Notes under the pieces: model-generated
The model's input: the letters and a program-made list of their open reading frames with translations, nothing else
Database searches by the model: none
What the model was told of the DNA's origin: nothing
Source of the DNA: Chiloscyllium plagiosum
Lineage: Eukaryota
Direction of reading: 5' to 3'
Assembly: GCF_004010195.1 (NCBI RefSeq)
Contig: NC_057718.1
Coordinates: 30,696,767-30,760,766 of the forward strand
DNA length: 64,000 nt
Part shown: piece after piece, positions 25,056-38,239 of the stretch
How positions within the stretch are numbered: position 1 is the stretch's first letter
Layout: each line of letters starts with the position of its first letter
Translations under genes and position numbers: made by a program

Positions 25056-25789
25056 CCCCTGAAAACAGCAACTTACATTTATGTGACATCTTTAACGTAA
25101 TGAAACGTTCCAAAGTGCATCTTGAGAAGCATTGTAAAAAAAGTAAGCTATGTTTACTTGTCCACCACTGCTCACAACTGGATCAGGAGAGTGATTGTGT
25201 TCATCAGAGTGAGTGATTATTACTGGGGGTTAACACATATTCCTCATATTTAGTATCAATGATTCCCAGATTTGGTAAATGGCCTTCTGTGCCCAGCTTC
25301 ACCCTCAGAACAACATCCCACTCCATCATGTTGGTTTTTGACACTACCATCAACCACCATTATTGATTATCCAAATAAGGTTTCTAGATGATCACAAAAC
25401 AGTATTTAACCATTAGGATTTCCACAGTGTATTAGAAGCCATTGAGATTTGAGTTAAAATTGACCAAATTTGTTTGCTATTTGTACTGTGAAAAAGACAC
25501 AGATATTCAATAATACTGCCACATTTTATGGATATTGAACAGAAGTGTCCATTTTTGGAGATGGAATATGTGTATGCACATACTGCACTCAAGGTGCATC
25601 ATTCACTGTATTTGTATAGGCCATCTAGCTTGTGTCCAAATTTCCCTCCCTTGGTGTTAAAGAGGTCAGTGGCCCACAACCCAATGGTTGACAGGTGTAC
25701 GTGCTCTGTAGTAGGAATTGATTCCCGCACCATGTTCACGCCAGGCAATTTCTAGACAAACTACTTTCACACCAGACACAACAAAATAT

Positions 25790-25992
25790 GCTAAAAATAA
25801 TCAGCTAATTAATATCTGTGAATAGAGTTAACACTTTAGGCCAATAGCCTTTCTTCAGAATTGGAAAAAGGTACACATGTTGCAAGTTTTATTATGTACT
25901 GCCTCTATATATCAACTCATTGACTCGCTGAGTGTTTTCAGCATTTTCAGTTTTAATTACAGATTTCCAGCATCCGCAGATGTTGCTTTTGT
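25790..25992. mobile_element. Old PLE-type terminal/foldback remnant
   Basis: Minus-strand ctgaagaaaggctattggcct hammerhead-like relic and ttttcagcattttc..gatttccagcatc..gcag tail similar to families A/B. Confidence 0.45.
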
Positions 25993-26334
25993 TTCAAACC
26001 ATCAACCTTGTAAGTTTGAAAGAAAAATCCTAAACATTAAAGTATTGTTGATGATTCAGTTCTTCACCTGTACCATTGTTTTTATGGACTACTTGAGGAA
26101 ATTATATGTAGAATTTGGATAATGTCTAGCCAAACAAGCCATCAGCCAGTTGGAATCTCAAGTGGAACACTCTGAGCCATGCATTTGCATCCCATTCCTG
26201 GGTTACCAACCAGACATGGAGGGCAGGTGAGATGTTGCACTGAATCTGTCAAAGGGAACCTGGGTTATGTTGTAATAGCTCACCTTTACATAGACTTTTG
26301 AGACTGAAGCAACCACAACCTTGGAAAGGATGTC

Positions 26335-26545
26335 TTGCAAGATTGTTCCTCAGAATGCTCCTTGAGGATCTAGAATCTGAGAGGCTGCAGTGAAATGACC
26401 TTCCCCAAGAATGTAAAGGCATTCTGCAACCTTGCTGGTATGGATGGATGTGACCAAGAGGGTCAGCAACAGAGTGTGATCCACCCAACCTGAAGGCAAT
26501 GCATCAAGAAGATCTCTAGTCTTAAAAGGATGGAAAGGGTGAGTG
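26335..26545 (+). pseudogene. Harbinger Myb/SANT-like ORF remnant
   Basis: WMDVTKRVS, then after a frameshift SVIHPT*RQCIKKISSLKRMER, followed by a gtgagt donor-like site. Confidence 0.45.
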
Positions 26546-27522
26546 GTGTCAAAATTTCAGATTCTAATTCCACACTCTGACTTTTCCAGAATTCTCTCTC
26601 AAAATATGCTTCACCCCTGCAAGTGTTTGCACTCCTCTTCCCAGGGACCTCATATCTCTATATAAGTAGCCAACACTCACACTTGCCATCACCCTATTAC
26701 TCTTACACACCCATGACTCACAGTTGCCCTCACCAAATGTCCCTTATAGCTACCCTTCTGCTTTATCTCTTTGCTGAAGAAGTACACTTATCCTCTCAAG
26801 GACTGATAGTGAACTGATAGAGAATTTGACAGCCCTTGGCAATATCTGGGCCACTGAGAAGCAAATTTTGTTCCAGGATGCTGCAGATGTCAGCAATTGA
26901 CTGCCATGAAAGCCTGAGCCTTCTTGAGCCATCAGACATGTCAAGAGAATAGAATTTCTCCTTGTAAACCCTGTATTGGAGATATTGCTTTTTGGAGCTG
27001 GGAATCCATGTCCTTCTGCTCTTTCCTGTAAAGTGAGATGTGATTGAATAGAAGGCAGTTCGTGCTGATGATGCTCTTGCAGGTGCTGTTGGTGTTTCTG
27101 CTCCTCATGTTTTTTCAGTAGAGGTGCAAAGTAAACTATTTAAGTTGCTGCCATTCTATGGCGAAGACTGACAGCAATGAAGTGCAGTTGATGGTGGGTG
27201 AAGTGCAAAGCAAGTAAAGTGGCACCTATCAACTCATGAAAATGCTGAGATGAAGACATCTGAGCAGCAACATCTAACCTGGACATAGTTGAGCTCTTCA
27301 GTTTCACTGAATCACTCAAGAAACACCTCTCACTGACCCTAGTCAGTTGCTGATAGCTTGGAGAAATAGTCACTAGCTGTTAAGTCTCGAATCCCTGGTT
27401 AAAACAGAAAATATTGACTTTTACCTATCAGTTCCACAAGGATATGCAGCTTCCTGCAAAGGTGCACAGATGAAACCAGGAAGGTGACATATTGGGATCC
27501 CAACCTAACATTATAAACATGC

Positions 27523-27769
27523 TGTTGTGGTTCTGTTCGCCGAGCTGGGAATTTGTGTTGCAGATGTTTCGTCCCCTGTCTAGGTGACATCCTCAGTGCT
27601 TGGGAGCCTCCTGTGAAGCACTTCTGTGATCTTTCCTCCACCATTTGTAGTGTTTCTGAGGATGTCACCTAGACAGGGGACGAAACGTCTGCAACACAAA
27701 TTCCCAGCTCGGCGAACAGAACCACAACAACGAGCACCCAAGCTACAAATCTTCTCTCAAACTTTGAAA
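27523..27769. mobile_element. PLE-derived foldback mini-element (family D)
   Basis: ~74-bp inverted arms; TSD attataaacatgc (27510-27522/27770-27782); terminus homologous to the GIY-YIG PLE at 13662. Confidence 0.9.
27656..27689 (+). ncRNA. Minimal hammerhead ribozyme core
   Basis: CUGAGGA-u-GUCACCU agac AGGGGAC-GAAAC-GUC-ugc; the minus-arm copy keeps the GCA stem I strand but has AUC in place of GUC. Confidence 0.7.
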
Positions 27770-28369
27770 ATTATAAACATGCCCCACTTTACCTAGAAAA
27801 ATTCCCTCCCAAGAATGATTAACTTTAATATTATAAATGACTTGCAATGTACAATATTATCTTAAAGTACTCTCAACTTGAGCTTAAACACATTGTCAAC
27901 TCAAAAAACAACTGAAATATTAATTTCCATGTCTTCATTAGTTCAATGGGTAAACAAAAAGTCTCAGTGTTAATCACAAACACGAGGAAAAACTGAGATT
28001 TATTCCCTCGTGTCCATTGAGTTGTAGCTAACTAATGGCTCCTAAAAGAAAATGCTTTGAGTTGAATGCTGATAATATAGACTTAATTGTGATAGTACCA
28101 ACCTGGGGCTGAACAATGTGGCTGTAACTCCTACTGAGTCTCACACATTAATATTGCCTTCTTAGTTAAATTCTGCCAGGCTAAAGTCATTTCCTGATTT
28201 CCATCAATGCTGAATTAGATGATCAGGAGAATTCTTGCACAATGCCATTACCTCCAGATGAAAAGAGAATGTGAGGTATTTGGTATCAGTAAAAATATTG
28301 GTAAGGTCTATTGAAGAAACTATGTGGAACTGTTTTTGAAAATCAGTCAGCATTCATTGAGTGAAGATT

Positions 28370-28665
28370 GTTCTCTTTTCCCTTCTCCCTCCCATACCCA
28401 TCACATATGCTTCCCTTCCCTATGTATTCCACTCCCATCATCTTCTACTTCCCCTTTCCCTGTTCCACTCCCTCCCCACACCTTCTTTCATCCTCTAAAT
28501 CCCTTCTGTTTCTCTTCTTTCCCTTCCATTCCCATTTCTCTCCTTGTCTTCCTGTCTTCCTTACCTCATTTCCCTTTATCTCTTCCTAGTCCCTCTTCTT
28601 CCCATTCTTTTCCACTTCCCTGCTACCCAACACCTCTCTCATCCCATTCTTTCATCCTATTTTGT
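28370..28665. repeat. Low-complexity polypyrimidine (CT-rich) tract
   Basis: ~300 bp composed mostly of C/T on the + strand. Confidence 0.85.
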
Positions 28666-29699
28666 TCTATGGTCAATTGAAAGCTCCTTTATGTCATATG
28701 GTTGATAGTAACACAGTGCATGTACCAACTGAGTCACTGGCAGCAGAAGCTGTGGGACAATTACTATGGGACGATTCATGCAATTCAATTCAATAAACAT
28801 TTCAAACACCGTTTATTGTTACCAATGTGATACTCATAGAACTATGACATAAAATGGCAAGGTGCTGGTTAGCGATCAGTTGCTTATGTGGTTTGTGAAA
28901 CAGTCACACTGATGAGTGTTCTTTTAAGATTTCCCCATCACAAACCATTGGTTAAACTAATACTCACCTACTGGGCATCCTGCCGTGCTGATCCACCTTT
29001 GCGACGATGAGGTTTGTGCTCAGCCAAGCTTGATTAATTCACTGCAAGCCTTGAATTGTCCCAAACTTAGCACATAACAACTACACCTGTTTATCAAGTC
29101 AGTTCACTTCCCTTCCTCTGTCCCACAGTGAAAAGGAGTATTAATTAAAACAGTAAATAAATGAGCTCCATTCTAAGTCAAACCTGCAGGCAAAGAGGAG
29201 ATAACTCAAGCTCTTGAGAAGAGGGATTTCAGTTAATTTCCAGACCCCACTGTCACTGTGAGGCCGGGGAAGCTCATTTGTCTGGGAAATTGAAAAAAGA
29301 CAGGTTTTGCCTGTGTGCTTTTTTTTAAAGCAAAATACTTCATTTGTTTTTCTCTTCTCTCTCTTCAATCCTTTGTCTCTTGAATATACATAATGGAGGC
29401 TGTCACCCTGCTTTACAATTGTGAACAGAATTCCCTGTCATACTCTTCATCCCTTAAAAGAATTATAGGAAGATGAGAAGTAAAAACCTGTTTAATTAAA
29501 CAAATATCCAAAATCTTGCTCATAAGTTATTGAGAGGAGATAGGCTGCTTTTTAAATTATATAAGTGCTAGTATTTTTTTCATTTAAGTTTAATTCTTAA
29601 GGAGAGTTTTGAAGTCATATAATCATTTCTTCAAGCCGACCTGCTAGAAAAAAATACAGAAAAAACATTAATGCCTTGTACATATTTATGAGGAAAATT

Positions 29700-29890
29700 T
29701 GCCTTTCCATATGACATATCAGGCATAGTTGCATTGACAAATAAATTGTACAGAACTGGTTGTACATTAAAGGTTTACAATTTTATTATGCAGCAGACTG
29801 TCATAAAATGACATAAAATTGTAGGAAATAAATGTAAATTATTTCCAGTAATAATAAGCAGAAAGTCAAATTGACAACTTTGGATTACTC
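29700..29890. promoter_or_regulatory. Candidate enhancer: Hox/TALE-like motif cluster
   Basis: Five TGACA/TGTCA sites, GTCATAAAA, GACATAAAA and TTTTATT within ~180 bp of a transposon-free block. Confidence 0.35.
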
Positions 29891-32800
29891 CCACTAACCC
29901 ACCCCAACATGTTAACCTTTTCTGAACCACGATAAAGATAGATTTGTAGATGCAGAAGTAAGCACATTCAAAATCTAGTGGGCCCTTATCCATTTCCAAT
30001 CAAATCACCTAAGAATATATTATCTAATGATCCAAGGACTGTTCTTTCTCAATCAGTTGTCCAGCAGCCTGTGAATTATTACCACTGGTGGTACAGCAGT
30101 GTGCAAAACATTTGGACTGACAATGCTTCTATTTTTAAAATACTAAACTAGGAAGGTTCCACAAGTTCTAAAAAAATTATATATAAAATTTGCAGTTGGT
30201 GGTGTTCAGCTTTGTTCTGTTTTAATCCTCTAAGCATAATAAAATTTGACACCATTGTACTTGTCTCTATAACTGCAACAGAACAAAAAAAAGTCTTTGC
30301 TATAATAACATGGTCTTTTATGATAAAACCCTGGTCTCAGAACTCTTCAGAGGCACGGCCCTTAAACTCAGAGGATTTTTCTGTGCACCACTGTGCAGGA
30401 TAATTACAAGGAGCCAGTTCCCTGGTAAGAAGGAATTCCATACCTGCAGAAAAAGATGCATAAAATATGAGGAACCAGGGGTGCTGGGAGGAAGCTGAGC
30501 CATGTAGTGAATGCAGGGATATCCTTGGGTTCAAACCCACAATCCCTATGCATGCTGAGAGTCTAATCACCAGGCCATTCTAGGCACTGTTGTCAAATCA
30601 GTTCCTGAATAGCAAAAGCTCACAATGCAGAGTATGAATTAGTGGGGGAATAAATGTGCACATAGACTTTTTTTTGAAACAATACCTAACTGGGCCATTC
30701 AGATAGGGTAACAGGCAGACAAAAGCATGACGGAAATTGGAGTAACTTTTTTCTTGGAAGCTTTGTACTTTTGTCAATGATGTTGGCTCCATAATAGCAT
30801 TGCTGTATCACATTGTTTAAAGTATCAGTTGTTCAGCTATAAAAGTCATGAAAATTGGAGATATTTTTGTTGATGTACTGCACTGAATATGTGCTGGTTT
30901 ATTCTGAATAAAAGCCAGAAGTGTTTGTTCACTGTCCTCATCTGCATTGTGGACAGACCAGTTTTCGTCCTTGGCACAGCCCTTGCACTTTTTAAAAGAC
31001 AGAGCATGTTGAGCAACAGAAATCTCAAGACTCTGCTTTATGTATTACTTTTTTCTGACTGTTTACTCAACAGAATAGAAGTCATTACTTTGTCTCATTC
31101 AATAAAGCAATTCAATTTTTCTGACATGTTTTCTTTTATCAGAGACGAAAAAAGAAATCATGTTTGAAAGCCATGTAAGCATTATCACAAAGTACACAAA
31201 GAAATCCTTAAAATACAAAATAAAACTTATGACAGTGCAAAATGCTGTTCACATTCTTAACCTTTTTTTCTGCAAATATGGTTGAAGCAAAGGGTAATGT
31301 ACTGTATTTAAAGCATTCTGGTTATAGAACCTTATAAAATGCATGCATTTGTATTTTTTAGGAATTATTTTCTTAATGTGGTAGATGACTGAAATCAGCC
31401 GAGGTGGTTTGTGGTAAAGTTTACAGTTGCGTTAGTGTAGATGAATCATCTTTCAATATCACAGATTAACTAAAATTTACTGATTGATTTTAGTCACTGC
31501 AGAGAATGACTATCAATATTGTGTGTAAAGTTAGTTGTTTTTATTGTCTGAAAACTTTGCCCTTATTCCACTTCCATTGAGTGCCTTCTTGCAAAAAAAA
31601 AAGCCCACATAGACAGTGAATCTCTTTTATTATAAGCTTAAACAGGAGCCTTTGTCATGCCTGGTGTTCTCAGGTCTGAAAAATTAGGCTAGATCTTTCT
31701 AACTGCCAACTCAAGTGGTTCATTACTGCGGTTTCCCTCTCCAGTTCCTGGCTCAACCATTCCCAGTACTCAAGGTCTGTAACTTCCTCAGAAAGGAAGA
31801 AGGAAAACATGGCACACAAAGGTCTTGTTAGCACTTCCTACATGAAACTAGCAGCTTTATAAAAGGTACAACTCCAATTACCTCACATTGTGGAGGCGCG
31901 CACAAATGCAACAATGAAGCTCGTCAGCAAGTGACATTCTGTCTTTCTAGAGTTACTTCCCTAATTAAAAATGAAGAAGCTATTTTCTTGCGAGTGCATC
32001 TATTTATGGTGGTTCACAATGCTTTAACTTGAGCATCCTTCCTAAAAGACGAGTGTTATACACAAGTGCTCTTTTAGCAGAACTGTCTTCAGGGAAGCAC
32101 CACATTCCAAACTGCTACACTCTGGAAAAAGTAGTGTATTGCTTTGCATTATTGTTCACACTTCAGAATTCAGCTTTTGACAATAAAAGCCCAGCCAAGC
32201 AAGCTCTGGGAATGATGGTTGACAAAGGAAAGACATTCCTTAGAGAGTCTAATGATGAAAAATAAAGAAAAACATTTATTGGCTTTGACAGTTTCACAAG
32301 ACACACAAAAAAAGTCTCCTCATGGCTCCAGTTTTTAGAGCTCAGGATAAAGGATGTCTTAGCATGAACTGAAACAACCAAGGCCTTTTGTTAGGGGCCT
32401 GGTGAGAGGCTCTAAACCAGAAAACTAAAGTGCAAATTAGTTAAGGGAAATCAGTCATGTTAAATCGCTGTAGGTACAGGTATATTTGGATAGCAATGAG
32501 TTCCACTGAGATTTCTTTTAATTAGGTGAGTAACAACCAGAACATAATATGACGCTAACAGTAGCAACAATCACTGTGGACAGCACATTGTTCCCTTGTT
32601 TAAATATCAATTACTAATGAGATTCTAAACAATCTCAAGTTTACATGATGGTTGTCTGAGAAAAATGAATTGAGAATGATCTACATATCAAAGTACGCAA
32701 GGTTTTTGTAAAAGCAGCAAATTTTCAGGTTATTTTACCTTTCTCATGTACTGCTCAATTTGATTCCACATTTACTGAACCACCGAAAGTGAGATCCTCA

Positions 32801-33399
32801 CAGCGCTAAGCCTGCAAAGTAAGTTATACAGATGTTTGTTCAGATTCTGCTGAGAACTCGGATTCTTTTAGGTACTTTGTCATTTGTAATCACTGTTGTG
32901 AACATTTTTTGGAGAAGTTGATTTTTTAAGACTTGTGAATAAGGAACTGACTGAGCTAAATAAGGATGCTAGAATTTCAAAACACTTGCTTTAAAATGAA
33001 TAGAAATTAAGGATTTAGGCATTGCACATAATCCCTTTAATCTTGACACTGGGACAAATCATTTAATAAACTGGTCCAGTTATTCTGGGATGATGTTAAA
33101 TCTTTCAGCACCAACTGACCTGGTAAATTGCAGCCAGTACACTTATTATTTTTATATAACAGATGCACAACTGAGTTTCTGCTGTTTACTGATGCTGACT
33201 TCAGGGGAGTGTAAATTATTTTTCCCTTCTCCATTTCCAGTTGGTGCTCATTAACACATGGTGACCTTTCCATCTCAGGTGATATTTTGGCTGGGAAAGG
33301 TAAACTTTCTAAGCTAAAGGGAAGGGACATCAAAGACAAGTTATTTGGGGCCATCTCTTAATATGCAACTCAGTTACATGCAGTAGCAATTTTAAAAAA

Positions 33400-33710
33400 G
33401 CAAGGATCTGCATTTAGGTAGCACCTTTGGGACTTCAGGTTATCCCAAACGACTTAAAAAACATGGAAGTACTTTTGAGGCGTGGTGACCACTCTAAAAT
33501 AACAACTTCATTAAGGCATACAGCAAGGTCTCACAAATGATAAAGTGATAAGTGACCAGCTGATTTATTTTAGTAATTTGGTTGAAGAATAAATATTAAT
33601 TTCAAGGCTGGGCATAGCTCTCTGCTTTTCTTTGAATAGCTCCATAGAATCTTTTGAATTTAATGTGAGAGCACTCAGGACTTTAGTTTACTGTTTATCC
33701 AAAGGATGAA
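33400..33710 (-). mobile_element. Deu-domain SINE (SacSINE1-like), decayed
   Basis: Reverse complement resembles the Deu core and L2-like tail (aagtacttttga, ttggttgaagaataaatatt); family assignment from recall. Confidence 0.55.
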
Positions 33711-34364
33711 AGGATAATGTGATAAGAACGTGTATAGAAAATTAAAGATTGTAAGAATATATCAATAAGCTACTTCCACAATCATTACATAATCGGAATG
33801 TACAAAAATATGTATGTTCTCCATACATGAAATAGCCACATGGACACACAAAATGCATGTTTTGAGAAATATATGTAGAAAAAAGTGAGGAAATGTTGGA
33901 GGAGATGGGTTAAAGGTTACAATTTAATGTCTGTATGATTCTAGACTGAAAGCTTCACTCATCTATGTTACACCCAGAGACATAGTGCAGGCACTGTTGG
34001 ACACATTAGTTAATTTTTCCCTTGACCCTCCCTTCCCTCTCACATTACAGTAGGTTCACAGTTTGGAGAAGCTTCAGGTTCAATGCTGCCCAGTCTTCTA
34101 CTGAAACTGAGTGGTGCAAATATTGACAATTTTTACTTCAATACATTTTTAATACAGTAAACATATAGGATGTAACTTTAATGTTTTAAAACATTAAATA
34201 TACATAACATGTAACTTTCTGAATGAATTGTTCTAAACAGGTACAGAACAATATTGCTACAAGGTAGTCCCTGTATATTTTTGATGGATTTACAATTTCT
34301 AATATAATATAATATGAATTAATTAAATAGTTTATATGAATAATCATAAAAAAACTTTTAAATT

Positions 34365-34760
34365 ATTCTTTCATGGTTTATAGGTGTCACTGGCAAGACC
34401 AGCATTTATTTCTCACTCCTAATAGTTCTTGATAAAGTGAGCTCTGAATTACTGCAGTCCAAATAACATAGGAACTCCAACAATGTCAATAAGCATACAG
34501 TTTCAGGATTTTCAGCTAACAGCTGTGAAGGAACAACGATGTATTCTCAACTCAGGATAATGTGTGATTTAGAGAAAAACTTGTACGTAGTCATGCTGCC
34601 ATGCATTTGCTGCCCTTGTTATTCAGTGTGGTTAAAGTGCTGTCAAGGAAACCTTGATGAAGTGTTGCAATTTTTCTTGTAGATGGTACACACCGCAGCC
34701 ATTGTGTGGAGGGAGTGATTTTTTTTAAGGTAGTGATTGGGGTTTATTTATCCTTGATGA
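34365..34760 (-). mobile_element. Decayed 3' end of the LINE family at 53858-54945
   Basis: cactggcaagaccagcatttatt..ctgcagtcca..cttgtagatggtacacac shared with 53870-54200. Confidence 0.6.
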
Positions 34761-34854
34761 CGTTGTACAAAGTGAATATTTTATTGGGTCTTCATTGATT
34801 TTATTCTTCAAACTTTTCGATTTAAACTGAACTGAACATTACTTCATTGATTAG

Positions 34855-35150
34855 ATTCTCACAATCTTGAGTCAAAGTTGTAGACTCAAATTCCACTGCA
34901 AAGACTTGACCACAAAGATCTAGGTGGACACACCAGGTGTATCTTACAGTACTATTTCAAAGAAGAACAAGGACACGCTCCCATCTGTTCTGGACAGAAT
35001 TTATCTATCAACCAATATCATAAATGATCTTGTCATTAACTTTTGCTATGGAGCCTTGTGTGTACTTGTTCCCCGCATTACAACAAGAACAAGAATAATG
35101 ATCAACATTTTAAAAAGTGGAAAAAAAAGACTTTAAAACATCCTAGATCA
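34855..35150 (+). mobile_element. Deu-domain SINE, decayed
   Basis: tRNA-like head (tcaaattccact..agacttga.caca..atctagg) and Deu-like atttatctatcaaccaatatca. Confidence 0.55.
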
Positions 35151-35194
35151 AAAACATTGCTTGGTAGTACAGTATCAAAACATTGATAAAAGGG

Positions 35195-35620
35195 AATCAA
35201 TAGGTCGAAGTTTTTCATCCAACACTCATCAGGATTAACTGTAAGAAACAGGCTTTGCAAAGGAACAACAATTTATATAGTATGAGAAGAGGATGCTGAT
35301 TGGTTGGGCTATCATTGGCATGGAGATGCAGCAAGGACAGTTACCTGTCAATCTTAATTCAGAGACCATGCAGGTTCAATCATATCTGCATTTGGTCCAG
35401 TCTTGCATGCTGCAAATAGTTCAGCCATTTCAGACGGGACACCTCACTCAGGTGGGATTTTCCAACTTAAAGGCTAACCACTCTGCAATCCAGAAACCCC
35501 AGTGTTTGAAAACAATGCAAACCAGGAGCTCCAGATGTTAACCACTGTACCAGGCAGAAACCCCTGAATTTAAGCAGTGTGAATTATCTGCCAGTTGTTA
35601 CATTCTTCTTCTATTTGGTG
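35195..35620 (-). mobile_element. Old PLE fragment (family F)
   Basis: Minus-strand CUGAUGAG..GAAAAACUUC hammerhead relic at ~35203-35232; homologous to 56000-56140. Confidence 0.5.
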
Positions 35621-36334
35621 TAAAGTTACTAATCAAAGATTGCTGAAATAATAGTGTGGGTGATGCAATTGAATATGACACTATATGCAGGTAGAGTTCA
35701 CTAGGAAACTCAGTATGTTACATCTGACTTCCATCACTGCTGTTTATACACTGACCTGAAGTCATGAGGCTAGTAGATCACATCCTGTCCAGGTGCATAA
35801 TGACTGGCAGTGGTTAAGATGCGTACTTTTAAAGGTGAATGTCCATCAGATCACAACAACTGTTTTCTACTTAAAATGCTTAAAGAATCAAACTGTTTAT
35901 ATGAAAGTAGAAAAATATAGCAATGTGTCAGAATGTACATTAACACAGAGCACTATGATTACAAGTTTCTAAAACACGTTAGTGGCTTGCTTATCCATTC
36001 GATTTTAATTACGGTGATCTTTATTGGAGATTGTTGGACATGTTCAGAATGTTGGTATGTGTTGCTGCATCTGTGATCACAGACTTTTGCGTTTATGATA
36101 TATAATAGCTCATTGACCACAGTAAATTGTTGTCGTGACATTTCAGTGGATTGGATTCTGAGGATGGAATCTCTGAGCCATCATGAAGCCTTTTAATTAC
36201 ACTTACTTAAGTTCGGTACAGTTACTTCTAACCCATGTTTCTCACTCTCAAATGGAATGCTAACAATGTTATGGTTCCAGTTTCTTTGGGATCTTTTACT
36301 CTGACATCATTTATTAAATGTGCCTTATATTACA

Positions 36335-36815
36335 TCACCAGATCCAAAATAGCTTGATTCCTGGTAGGATCCACACTTTCTTCGAGGAAACCGTTCTGAA
36401 TATACCCTCTGGTTGTGGTTACCTGTGCCAATTTGATTTTGCCAATCTACATGAAGATTAATTCAATCATAATTAATGTATTACCTCTTTTACATGTTCC
36501 CATTACCTCCTGATTTATTCTGTGTCCTAGAGTACAGCTACTACTAGGCAGGCAGTGGATTATCCCAACAATGTTATTGTCCCCTTGTTAATTCTTACTT
36601 CTACTCCTATAGATTTTACATTTTTTATCCAAGTCTATTTCTTGCTATCATACTTATTCCATGTTGTACTAACAAAGTTACTCTACCACTGTATCCTTTC
36701 TATCTGTTCTTTCATAAAGTCACATAGCCCTTGATATTCAGCTCCCAGCTTAGATCCTCTGGTAACCATATTTCTTTAATGGCTATGAGTTCAAATCCAT
36801 TGACCTCTATTTGCA
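36335..36815 (-). mobile_element. Old CR1 ORF2 endonuclease-domain fragment
   Basis: Minus-strand remnants IAIKEIWL..WELNIKG and NLHVDWQNQIG. Confidence 0.6.
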
Positions 36816-38239
36816 CTGTTAATTTGTGTTTTATTCTGAATAATCAATTCAAAATGTATTCAGAAAAGAAAGTGAAAGTTTCTGTGCTTTTCTCATATCC
36901 AGTTTTGAAAACGTTTCTTGAATAATCTGTTCCAGCTTCTTTGTGTCACTGATGGAGAGTGATTCAGTGGATTATGACCAGTCTGAGGTCATGACATACT
37001 GCAAAGTCTACAATTGGTGGTTCAAATGGTCTACAATGTAGAAAAGCAACAGCATCCATGCTTGACTCTGCAAGCATTCCAGCGTGATTGATCCTGAACG
37101 TGAAATTGGTGAACATGCTACTTGCCGAAAATTTTGCATTTGTGTTTTTCATCAAGGCTTCCCATTGCTGAGGGTTCATGTGTTTTCAGAATTCTCAATG
37201 TTGGTATATTGGCTCTTGTCCCTGTGCCAGTCTGAGACAATAACGAATGGTCACCAGTTTTCTACTGATAAATAATTTGAATTTTTGAAAACACTTTGAA
37301 TGGTGTGATTCCACAAGGCTGATAGTGCAAAACATTTGCCTCATCATATACATTGTCAGTTTATGGTTTTGTCAATTACCTCACGTAAATATCACTTATC
37401 GAATGCCAGATCACCTTATTGTAGCTCATCGTCTGTTTGAGTTGGTGCATGGGTCTTTGTAGCTAAGTCAGTCATGTCCTTAGTGCATTCCCTCTACCAA
37501 TGTTCTACTCTGACACATGCCTTACAAAATTGATTGAAAATTGAGCATTTCCTTAGCGCATGCAGAAAGCCACATCTTCTACATGTCTCACTATGTTGCA
37601 GTGTTCTAGTGGTTGTGTCAATTGCTGAGTTTGTATTGGGAACTTGTAAGCTTTACCAATTTGAAAAGATGGTTTCATAATTGCAACCTTCAATAGATGT
37701 TTGAATACAATGTTTTTTTGTTTTTCCATCAAAGTTTCAATGAAGCCTTCAATGGGGTGGAATACATCACAACCTTAATGGTTATATTTATCAGATCCTT
37801 CTTTCTGTATGTGGTCACAAAGTTGTTTATGGATTTTGTAGGCTTCTGTTTAAGTGACATGAATTCTAGCCAAGGAATACAGAAGTTGAATCTGACACTG
37901 AATTGATCTTCTAATATGGTCCATAGTTTTTGAGAATCTTTTAGCTATTTGTTTGTTCATCCTGATATGCTAAGTCTGTGTAACTTTCATTCCCAATTGC
38001 TAAGCAAATCTTAAGACTTGTTTGTCTGCATTGGAAACACCCAAATTTGAAAAAACAAACAGGTCTGAGTTCTGTTTAGGCATTTTAAATTCTGTTAGGA
38101 TGTCTTCTGTATTCCAATTTAACCTGGATAATTTTATGGCAATTCTGACAGTTTTTTCCCCTCCATTGCTTACTTTTGATCCAAACCACACCCTGATCTT
38201 GGATGAATAGCCTGCTTTCACACTGTAAGGATTCTATGA

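Noticed and set aside
28324..28680. Pro/Ser/Phe-rich ORFs
   Set aside because: Artefact of the CT-rich low-complexity tract.
36920..38235. Possible RTE-like LINE remnant, perhaps continuing at 41210-42400
   Set aside because: Only faint motif hints; too decayed to call by eye.
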